Below are positions 1-7,719 of a DNA stretch of 64,000 bases, one piece after another. Within the stretch, counting starts at the first letter, position 1, and each line of letters opens with the position of its first letter. The position numbers and the translations under genes were made by a program. The notes below the pieces were generated by a model that was not told where the DNA came from, made no database searches, and saw nothing but the letters and a program-made list of their open reading frames with translations. The DNA comes from Bradymonadia bacterium (GTDB lineage: Bacteria > Myxococcota_A > Bradymonadia > UBA7976 > UBA1532), in contig JBKAGE010000038.1 of the NCBI GenBank assembly GCA_046290225.1, forward strand, positions 1 to 64,000. The letters are read 5' to 3'.

Positions 1-142
1 AGGATTCGAAAAAATCCTCATGTTCGAGCTGGGCTGGCTCGCCGCTAACCAATCCACCACTACACCAAAAGATGTGTAGGACGATCAGAGCCGCTGGCTA
101 CGACTCGCGGTTTGTTCGTGCCACCCGCACGCAAACTCGTGA

Positions 143-507
143 ACCTCACGACGACTGCCACCACCTCCGCGTCTCCGCGGGGCACGTGCATCACGTTGCT
201 CCGGCTTTGGAGGCGCTGTTGGTTTTTCGGGAGTTTAGGTGATGGCCGCGTATGCGTCTCGTCGAATGGGTGAAATTTCGGTGATATGAGACAGCCTAGG
301 CGAGCTAAGGAAGGCTCATGGCACGCCGCGCACTCTTCGAGAGGGCCTCAGCGCCCACAAATAAGCTGTGCGCGTTAAGGGCAATCGCCAAACAAACGCC
401 CACATCATCGGGCACACACCCAAACCAACAACTCAAGCCCACAAAGCCATAGAAATGTCGTGTACGTGCCCGCGGAGGCGCGGAGGTGGCGACAGCCGTC
501 GTGAGGT
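143..507. repeat. Imperfect long inverted repeat pair (arms 143-190 and 461-507)
   Basis: Arm 143-190 (acctcacgacgactgcc...gcacgtgca) pairs with 461-507 (tgtacgtgcc...gtgaggt) at 42 of 48 positions. Degenerate similarity continues inward (aaaccaaca, caaagcc). Confidence 0.8.
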
Positions 508-631
508 CGGTGAGTTCTCGTTCAGATGCGGGATTTCACCCGCAGGCGCAGCAGCGCTGCGCCGAGGACGGAAAGGTCGTAGCTGGGCGGGAAATCGCCG
601 GCGTCACGGCGGCTGGCGCCGCCGCAGCGCC
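478..631 (+). repeat. Long imperfect hairpin (REP/MITE-like or structured RNA)
   Basis: 488-525 pairs with 583-620 (29 Watson-Crick, 6 G-U, 3 mismatches). Apical stem ggcgcagc-agc-gctgcgcc at 545-563. Confidence 0.7.
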
Positions 632-638
632 GGAGCCA

Positions 639-1415
639 TTACTTAGTGGCGGCCTTGGCGGCATCCTTGGCGTTGTCCTCGGCGGCGTCCTTCATCTCGT
701 TGGCCGCATCCTTGGCGTCGTTGCCCTTGTCCTTCACGGCGCCGAGGGCGGCCTCGGTCACACCGAAGTTGCTCATCTCGCCGGCGAACTTGGCGATGGC
801 GGCGGTGGCGCGGGCGGGCACGCCGGCGACCTTCTCCTTGGACTCGTTCACCTTGTTCAGGGCGTCCTGCTTCACCTTCTCGACGTTCTTCTCCTGAGCC
901 TCAGCCTTGGCCTTCTCCTCCTTGGAGGCGAGGGGGTTGGCCTTCACCACCTTGGTGTCGGCAGTGACCTGGGTGGCCAGCTTGGGGATCTCGACGAGCA
1001 TCTCGCCGAGGGAGCCCACCATGGCGGTGGCGTTGGCGGGGGTGTTCATGAGGTTGGTGGTGAAGCCCTTCACGTTGCCGAGCATGCCCTCGAGCTCCTT
1101 GGCACCCTTCTCGTCGACGCCAGCGGGGGCCTGGAAGGGCTTCCCGGTGAGGCTGTCGGTGAGGAGCTTGCCGAAGTCGTCCTTGTTGAGCTTGAACTTG
1201 GCGGGGGCTTCCTTGATCTGCGCGAGCATGGTGTCGACGCTGTCGATGGGCGAGGTCAGGCCCTTCACCTTGGCGTCGAGCTCGCCGGGGATGGCCTCAA
1301 GCTTCTGGTAAGCAGTGCGATCATCATCGCCACCCTTGGACTTGCCACCGCCACAGGCGGAGAGCAGCAGGGTGGGCACGATGAGGGCGGCGAGGATCAA
1401 AGAGCGACGCTTCAT
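639..1415 (-). CDS. Hypothetical lipoprotein, Lys/Ala-rich, predicted helical
   Basis: Signal MKRRSLILAALIVPTLLLSA-C with lipobox, RBS ggaga, strongly GC3-biased codons. Confidence 0.85.
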   Translation of the reverse strand: MKRRSLILAALIVPTLLLSACGGGKSKGGDDDRTAYQKLEAIPGELDAKVKGLTSPIDSVDTMLAQIKEAPAKFKLNKDDFGKLLTDSLTGKPFQAPAGVDEKGAKELEGMLGNVKGFTTNLMNTPANATAMVGSLGEMLVEIPKLATQVTADTKVVKANPLASKEEKAKAEAQEKNVEKVKQDALNKVNESKEKVAGVPARATAAIAKFAGEMSNFGVTEAALGAVKDKGNDAKDAANEMKDAAEDNAKDAAKAATK

Positions 1416-1531
1416 GTTTCTTCTCCCAATGAAGTCTGGTCTGTCGGGGTGACCGATCAGCCATTCTGGCTCGAACCGGCTCTCCTCAGTGACCGTACAC
1501 GTCCGAGCACGCGTTCTTTTTCAGGGCGCGC

Positions 1532-1571
1532 ACGCTAGACAATTGCGTCGGCGACGTCAACGTCGTTGACG
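1532..1571 (-). promoter_or_regulatory. Sigma70-type promoter TTGACG-N17-TAGCGT with an overlapping palindrome
   Basis: -35 is the revcomp of 1555-1560, -10 is the revcomp of 1532-1537, spacer 17 nt. Palindrome cgtcaacg-t-cgttgacg at 1555-1571. Confidence 0.55.
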
Positions 1572-1756
1572 GCGTTCGGGGGGCACAGACGGGGCGCAGG
1601 GAAGATCCCTTCATTCACCTCGATGGCGGGCCATGTGGCCGCATGCGCACATGGCCACTCGGGCAACAGCGATGGGCTTGATTTCACAGAAGCTTTCTCG
1701 TTCTACTTCAGCCCTCTCTGCCGGCCCCTGTGGTGGCCGCTCCCGCCGAGGCGCCC

Positions 1757-3391
1757 ATGACGAAGACTCCGAAGCTGCTGTTTACGCTCTCCCTGCTCAC
1801 CGTGACGCCGTCCCTGACGACGCTGTACGGGTGTGACGACGAAACCTCAGCTGACCCTGCGCCGACGGCAGACGCCGGCCTCTCGGACGCAGTGGTCGGG
1901 GGTGAGCGCGATGTCGAAGTGCCCGATGCCGAGGTGCCCGACGCCATGCCAGAGCCTCGGCCCTATCCCGACCCTGGCGCCTGGGGGCCCAACACCGGCC
2001 CGGGCGGCCCCGCCGTGGCCTTCGAAGAAGACGCGCTGTATCAAAACTGCGCCTTCGTCGACGTGGGCCCCGATGATCCCACCGACCATCGCAACATCGT
2101 CACCATGTATGACGGCTACCTGCTCATGCCCTGGTCGCCGGAGTTCGGCCGCACAGGGGGGCTGACCTTCTTCGACATATCCGACCCCTGCAACCCCATG
2201 CGGGTGGGCCACGGCACCACCGAGCTGATGCGGGAGTCTCACGGCATCGGGTTCAGCCACATTGGGGGCAAGTGGGCGGTGACCTCCCACGCCAGGCAGC
2301 TGCGCTTCGGCGGCATCTTGTTCTGGGACATCAGCAACATCGAAGAGCCCACCGTGGCGTACGCCATGGAGCTCCCGGGCTTCTTCTACCCCGACGCCTA
2401 TGCCCGCATCTCGTTCAGCAACTTCTGGCAGGCCCCCTATGTATATGTGGGCGGGGCCGACAACGGCGTCTGGATCGTCGACGCCACCGATCCGATGAAC
2501 CCCGTGCTGGTCAACCAGTATGTGTTCGATCCGATCTTGAGAGCCGCTCAGGTGCAGGCCATCGGCAACCTGCTCATCGTCACCTCAGGCGAGGGCACCC
2601 GGACCGCCCTGCTCGACATCTCCGATCCGGCGAACCCTCAGCCCATCCCGGGTGGCGACTTTCTCAACGCCAGCGGCGATGGTGAGCCTCGAGAGATCTA
2701 TTTCTCCACCGCCACCGACGGCTACATCTATTACGCCCGTAAAGAAGGTGGGGGCGGCCCGCTCATTTACGACATTCACGACCCGAGCAACCCCATGTTC
2801 GCCGGAGAGCTGGTCTCTGACGGCAACGGCGGTTACGCCATGGTGAAAGATGGCTTCGTCTTCATCGGCGAGTCGCGCTTTGCCGGTCTGTACGACGCCC
2901 GTGATCTCGACAACATCACCGAGGTGGCCCGGATGAACCTCGAGGGTGATCTCGACACCGCCACCCCCATCGGCAACGTGGTGTTCCTCGCCGTGGACGA
3001 CAAGGCCAACGATGACGAGGGCACCGCCGTGGCGCCGTGGCAGATGATGCCCGACACCGAGCCTCCACAGGTGACTTGGGTCTGGCCTCCGGACAATGCC
3101 ACCGATCTGCCCCTCACCTCGCGCTTCGGAGTGACCTTCAGCGAGCACGTCGATCCAGGAAGCGCCTGGGCCGGCTCGGTTCGCCTGTACGAGACGGGAT
3201 CGGATCCCGCCCTCACCCGGGTGGACGGCCATCTCAGCGCTCAGGAGAGCATCGTGAACTTCTGGCCCGTGGCCCCCTTGAAGGCCAACACCACGTACAC
3301 ATTCGAGATCACCGCAGGTGGCGTGACCGACTTCAACGGCAACGCCGTCGCCGAGACCACCGCCTACACCTTCACCACGGGGGCCCGATGA
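1757..3391 (+). CDS. Lipoprotein with LVIVD-type beta-propeller repeats and a C-terminal Ig-like (Big_5/SbsA-like) domain
   Basis: Lipobox LYG-C. Repeated FFDISDP, IVDATDP, LLDISDP and IYDIHDP motifs. C-terminal DTEPPQV...FSE...YTF...GVTDFNGN...FTTG. Start moved to ATG 1757. Confidence 0.85.
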   Translation: MTKTPKLLFTLSLLTVTPSLTTLYGCDDETSADPAPTADAGLSDAVVGGERDVEVPDAEVPDAMPEPRPYPDPGAWGPNTGPGGPAVAFEEDALYQNCAFVDVGPDDPTDHRNIVTMYDGYLLMPWSPEFGRTGGLTFFDISDPCNPMRVGHGTTELMRESHGIGFSHIGGKWAVTSHARQLRFGGILFWDISNIEEPTVAYAMELPGFFYPDAYARISFSNFWQAPYVYVGGADNGVWIVDATDPMNPVLVNQYVFDPILRAAQVQAIGNLLIVTSGEGTRTALLDISDPANPQPIPGGDFLNASGDGEPREIYFSTATDGYIYYARKEGGGGPLIYDIHDPSNPMFAGELVSDGNGGYAMVKDGFVFIGESRFAGLYDARDLDNITEVARMNLEGDLDTATPIGNVVFLAVDDKANDDEGTAVAPWQMMPDTEPPQVTWVWPPDNATDLPLTSRFGVTFSEHVDPGSAWAGSVRLYETGSDPALTRVDGHLSAQESIVNFWPVAPLKANTTYTFEITAGGVTDFNGNAVAETTAYTFTTGAR

Positions 3392-5766
3392 GATCTCGGT
3401 GGTGGATGGGGCTCTGCCTGTGCAGCGCCCTCGCAGGTTGCGATGATGATCCTGGCGCAGAGTCAGCATTCGATGCGTCGCACATGGACGCGGGCGCCTC
3501 GGATGCCGCTGACGTGCCCGAGGCAGATGCCTCTGATGCAGATGTCGCCGATGGTGCAGCCCCTGATGGAGCGCTGACGCCTCTGATGGCCGCGGCAGGC
3601 GAGGCGCGCTATGCCCTGGTGGGTGAGGTGGTTGTCCTCGACGGCAGCGGCTCGACGGGCGCGGCGGCCTACCAGTGGGATCCGGGCAACGGCGACGCGC
3701 CTGCACCCCCGAGCGCCGAGCCCACCCTTGAGGTGAGCTACGACAGCCCCGGGCGATACCGCCCAACGCTCACGATCTTCGACGCCGAAGGCACCACCCG
3801 TCGCGACGACGTGGTCATCTCGGTCACCGAGCGGCCGAGCCACACCCGCCGTCACAGCGACACCCTCACCTGGTTGCCCGAGAACTTCGTCAATCAAGCG
3901 ACTCTGGCGGTGGTGGTCCCTGATAACGACACCATCGTGTTCATCACTGAGGGGCCGGAGGGCTGGGCCCGCACCCGCACACTCGAAACCTGCGACAATC
4001 CCCGCAGCGTCACCGCCTGGGTCTCGCTGCCGGAGCGCCCTCAGGTCTCCGCCCGGCTCGCCGTGGCCTGCCCGGATGAAGATGCCATTGATGTCTTCTC
4101 CCTCCTCGACGAGGCACGGGTGGCCCGCGTGACCCTGCCACCGGGCTCGCGGCCCTTTGGTGTCGTGGCTCCAGAAGGCCGCGGAGGTGCCGCAGAGATG
4201 TTCGCCACTCTGCAAGGCACAGGGCAGATCGTTCACTTGCGAGATGACAGCCTCAACGATGACTGGCGCGTCGAGGCACTCGTCGAGGTGGCTCCCGATC
4301 TGCGCGGCGTCGCCCTCCTGCCTGATGGTCGCGTGGCCATGAGCCGATGGCGCAGCCTGCAAGAGCCTGAAGGGGGTCACGGTGAGATCTGGGTGTGGAA
4401 CCCCGAGGGCGAGAGTGCGCCAGAGATGTGGCCTCTGGCATTTGATCCTCAGGCGGCCTCCGACACCGAGATCGGCGGGCTCCCCACCTACCTCGATCAC
4501 CTCGAGGTCTCACCTCAAGGTCACGAGATGGCCGTGCCGAGCCTCCAGGCCAACGCCGCCCACGGCAGCTTCACCAGCGGTGAGCCCTCGGCCCCTGACG
4601 AAGTGCTCCGGGCGGTGGTCTCATTCGTCGATCTCGAGGCGGAGACCGAACGCTTCGACGCCCGAAAGCAGTTCGACGGCCGGGGCATGGCCTCGTCTGC
4701 CACCTTCACCGCCCGGGGGGACTACCTCTTCGTGGCCATGCGGGGCAGCCAGACCATCGAGCGCCTCGACCGCTTCAGCGAGAACCAGTCGGGCACCCTG
4801 CTCGACAGCGGCTTCGCCGTAGAAGGGCTGGTCTTGTCAGCGAACGATGATTTGCTCTTCGCCAACGCCACCTTGAGTCGCGCGGTGAAGATCTATGCTG
4901 TAGACGATCTCACCACCTTGCCAGTCCCCATCGCGGAGGTCCCCCTCGTGGACGAAGAGCCCCTCGGCCCTACGCTGTTGTTGGGCAAACAGCTCTTCAA
5001 CGACAGCGCAGATCCACGACTGGGCTTCGAGGGCTACATCGCCTGCGCCCACTGTCACCTCGACGGCGACAGCGATCACCTCACCTGGGATTTCTCTGAT
5101 CGCGGTGAGGGGCTACGACAAACCATCTCGCTCTTCGGGCGCTCGGAAACCGGCCACGGCCCCATCCACTGGAGCGGCAACTTCGACGAGGGTCAGGACT
5201 TCGAGCACGATCTTCGAGGCCCCTTCGGCGGTCTGGGCCTGATGAGTGACGCCGAGTTCTCCGCTGAAGGCCGTGACGCGCCTCTCGGTGCTCCCAAGGC
5301 CGGAGTGAACGCCGATCTCGACGCGCTGGCGGCCTACATGGCCAGCCTCGATACGCACATCGTGAGCCCCCACCGCACCGCCGAGGGCGCCCTCACGCCT
5401 TTGGCGGAGCGCGGCAAGGATCTCTTCTTCTCCGAGGCGGTGGGCTGTGGTGAATGCCACCCTGCCCCGCTGATGACCGACAGCAGCTTTCAAGAAGATG
5501 GCAGCCCTCTGCTCCACGACGTGGGCACGCTCAAAGAGACCTCAGGGCAGCGCCTCGGCGGCCCCCTCCCGGGCATCGACACCCCGACGCTGCACGGGCT
5601 GTGGCACAGCGCCCCCTATCTGCACGACGGCAGCGCCCCCAGCCTGATGCATGTGCTCACTGTGGCCAACCCCGACGGGTCTCATGGTGAGACAGCTGAT
5701 CTCACGACGGAAGAGTTCGAGGCCCTCGAGGCCTACCTGCTCAGCCTGGACGGCCGTTGGGAGTAA
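3388..5766 (+). CDS. Lipoprotein: PKD domain + YVTN-like propeller + di-heme cytochrome c (CCP/MauG superfamily-like)
   Basis: ATGA overlap with upstream stop, lipobox LAG-C, PKD motif LDGSGS...YQWD, two CxxCH motifs (CAHCH, CGECH), TPTLHGLWHSAPYLHDGS. Confidence 0.88.
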   Translation: MRSRWWMGLCLCSALAGCDDDPGAESAFDASHMDAGASDAADVPEADASDADVADGAAPDGALTPLMAAAGEARYALVGEVVVLDGSGSTGAAAYQWDPGNGDAPAPPSAEPTLEVSYDSPGRYRPTLTIFDAEGTTRRDDVVISVTERPSHTRRHSDTLTWLPENFVNQATLAVVVPDNDTIVFITEGPEGWARTRTLETCDNPRSVTAWVSLPERPQVSARLAVACPDEDAIDVFSLLDEARVARVTLPPGSRPFGVVAPEGRGGAAEMFATLQGTGQIVHLRDDSLNDDWRVEALVEVAPDLRGVALLPDGRVAMSRWRSLQEPEGGHGEIWVWNPEGESAPEMWPLAFDPQAASDTEIGGLPTYLDHLEVSPQGHEMAVPSLQANAAHGSFTSGEPSAPDEVLRAVVSFVDLEAETERFDARKQFDGRGMASSATFTARGDYLFVAMRGSQTIERLDRFSENQSGTLLDSGFAVEGLVLSANDDLLFANATLSRAVKIYAVDDLTTLPVPIAEVPLVDEEPLGPTLLLGKQLFNDSADPRLGFEGYIACAHCHLDGDSDHLTWDFSDRGEGLRQTISLFGRSETGHGPIHWSGNFDEGQDFEHDLRGPFGGLGLMSDAEFSAEGRDAPLGAPKAGVNADLDALAAYMASLDTHIVSPHRTAEGALTPLAERGKDLFFSEAVGCGECHPAPLMTDSSFQEDGSPLLHDVGTLKETSGQRLGGPLPGIDTPTLHGLWHSAPYLHDGSAPSLMHVLTVANPDGSHGETADLTTEEFEALEAYLLSLDGRWE

Positions 5767-5767
5767 G

Positions 5768-6466
5768 GTGTTGCCAGAGAAACAGAGCGGGAAACAGCCT
5801 GAAAAGACACAGGGCCGTAGGACCCAGGCCCAACGCAGTGAAGAGATGCGCAGCAGATTGCTCGAGGCCACCCTCGACTGCTTGCAGGCAGAGGGCTTCA
5901 GCGGCACCACGGTGACCCGCATCATCGAGCAGGCCGGGGTGAGTCGTGGCGCCTACGTGCATCACTTCCCCAACAAGCTCGATCTCTTCGCCGCCGCCAG
6001 CGATCACCTCGTACGACAGACGCTGCGCCGCGTGGAACAGATGATCCAGGGGCTCGATCGCGAGGCAGATCGCCTCGATGCCATGCTCGACTTCCTCTGG
6101 ACGGAGCTCACTCACGGCCGCCTGGGCACGGTGTTCCTCGAGTTGATGGTGGCCGCCCGCTCGGACTCGAAGCTGCTCGAGAGGCTGCACCCCATCACGC
6201 GCCGACGTCAGCAGATCTCCGACGTGGGCTGGCGCATGTACTTCGCCGCCACGCCACGGGCGGAGGCGGCGGGCATCGGCGTCGAGGCGGTGATGAACAT
6301 GACCACGTGGCTGGTGCGGGGCATGGCCCTCGAGGCGGCGATCTCCGACGAGCCCGAGGCCACCTTCCGCGCCCACCTCACGATGCTGCGCACCCTCATC
6401 GAGCCCCTGGTTCAGGCCAGGCTCAGCGCGCCAGACTGCCCGTCCTCCACCCCTCGAACTGAGTGA
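5768..6466 (+). CDS. TetR/AcrR family transcriptional regulator
   Basis: HTH RLLEATLDCLQAEGFSGTTVTRIIEQAGVSRGAYVHHFPNKLDL. GTG start 1 nt after the upstream stop. Confidence 0.92.
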   Translation: MLPEKQSGKQPEKTQGRRTQAQRSEEMRSRLLEATLDCLQAEGFSGTTVTRIIEQAGVSRGAYVHHFPNKLDLFAAASDHLVRQTLRRVEQMIQGLDREADRLDAMLDFLWTELTHGRLGTVFLELMVAARSDSKLLERLHPITRRRQQISDVGWRMYFAATPRAEAAGIGVEAVMNMTTWLVRGMALEAAISDEPEATFRAHLTMLRTLIEPLVQARLSAPDCPSSTPRTE

Positions 6467-7718
6467 GGTACTCCGCGTCACGGGTGGGGTGATCCATCAT
6501 CCAGGGCATCACCTTCAACAGATAGGCGCTCTCGAATTGCAGCCAGATGCTGTCGTCCGACCCCCGTGCCGGGGCGTCGTCGGCCTCGGTGCCCTTCACG
6601 TGACCCGTAGCGCTCACCCCATGAGGGGTCAGATAGGGGGTGAAGGAGTATGCCCCCGTGACCCAAGGGCCGTGGGTGGCAGGGCTGCGGATCACCCCGT
6701 TGAACTCGATGGCAGAGTTCCGGTGGAAGTACGGCGGCCGGAAGGTGTGCTCCGTGGGATCCCAGCGCCCGATGAAGACGCCCACGTCGATGGCATTGCG
6801 CCCGTGGGTGTCCAGGGGGCTGGTGAGCACCGTGAGGATGGACGGATCCGGGTGGTCAAAGCTCACGCTGCCGAGGCTGTTGAACTGCTTGAGGTCGTAC
6901 TTGAAGGGGGCATAGTTCCCGTGCCACGCCACCACGTCGAAGGGATCCATGTCCTGGGTGGCCTGCCACAAACGGCCCCCCTGCTTCACCACGATGGTGT
7001 GGGGCCCGGGGCGATCAGTGTAGTGGGCCACGGGGGCCATGAAGTGGCGGGCGTCGGCCATGCCATTGGCCCCCACAGGGCCCCGCTCCGGCAGTTGGAA
7101 GTGGCCGTCGAAGAGCTCGGCGACGTACCCCGTGGCCTGCACCCCTGAGGGTCGATCATCCACAAGCTCCACCTGGAAACGGATGCCCCGAGGCAAGATG
7201 ACGATCTCTGAGGGCGACACTGAGAGCACACCCATCTCGGTGCGCACAGTGAGAGTACCCTGAACCGGAGCCACGAGCAGATCGCCGTCGATGTTCGTGA
7301 AGGCCCGCTCCATGCTGCGATCCGCAGCGTACAGATGCACCGCGGAGCCCGCCCTCTGCGTGGGATCTCCCGCGCCGGCGAAGGTGGTGAGGCCATCGAG
7401 CCAGTCATTGCCCTGCTCACCCTCGAAGGGCTTGAAGCGCATGATCTGTGGCGTGGCGAGGGCCTCGTCGAAGCGCCCAGTGAACCGACTGTGGGCCAGC
7501 GGCTGCCAGGGCACGAGGGGGATCTGCGGTCGCAGACGATACAGCCACACGCGGCGATTCTCTGCCCGGTGCACGGTAAAGCCCGTCCCGTTGATCTGCT
7601 CGGCGAAGAGACCGTAGGGCACCTCTTTCGGAGCGTTCTGACTCATGGGGAGCGCTCCGGGCTCGGCCTCGCTCCACAAGACGTTTCCAAAACCGCTCAG
7701 GTACTTCGAGTCTTCCAT
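6423..7718 (-). CDS. hmgA: Homogentisate 1,2-dioxygenase family protein (divergent active site)
   Basis: YLSGFGN, LPERGPVGANG, PFDVVAWHGNYAPFKYDL, FDHPDPSI, FRPPYFHRN..EF, TPHG. Fe ligands His/Glu/His present. Confidence 0.88.
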   Translation of the reverse strand: MEDSKYLSGFGNVLWSEAEPGALPMSQNAPKEVPYGLFAEQINGTGFTVHRAENRRVWLYRLRPQIPLVPWQPLAHSRFTGRFDEALATPQIMRFKPFEGEQGNDWLDGLTTFAGAGDPTQRAGSAVHLYAADRSMERAFTNIDGDLLVAPVQGTLTVRTEMGVLSVSPSEIVILPRGIRFQVELVDDRPSGVQATGYVAELFDGHFQLPERGPVGANGMADARHFMAPVAHYTDRPGPHTIVVKQGGRLWQATQDMDPFDVVAWHGNYAPFKYDLKQFNSLGSVSFDHPDPSILTVLTSPLDTHGRNAIDVGVFIGRWDPTEHTFRPPYFHRNSAIEFNGVIRSPATHGPWVTGAYSFTPYLTPHGVSATGHVKGTEADDAPARGSDDSIWLQFESAYLLKVMPWMMDHPTRDAEYLTQFEGWRTGSLAR

Positions 7719-7719
7719 G

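Noticed and set aside
3037..3387. N-terminal 117 aa of the 909-aa ORF
   Set aside because: It overlaps the upstream gene out of frame. The ATG at 3388 gives a proper lipoprotein signal and an ATGA coupling.
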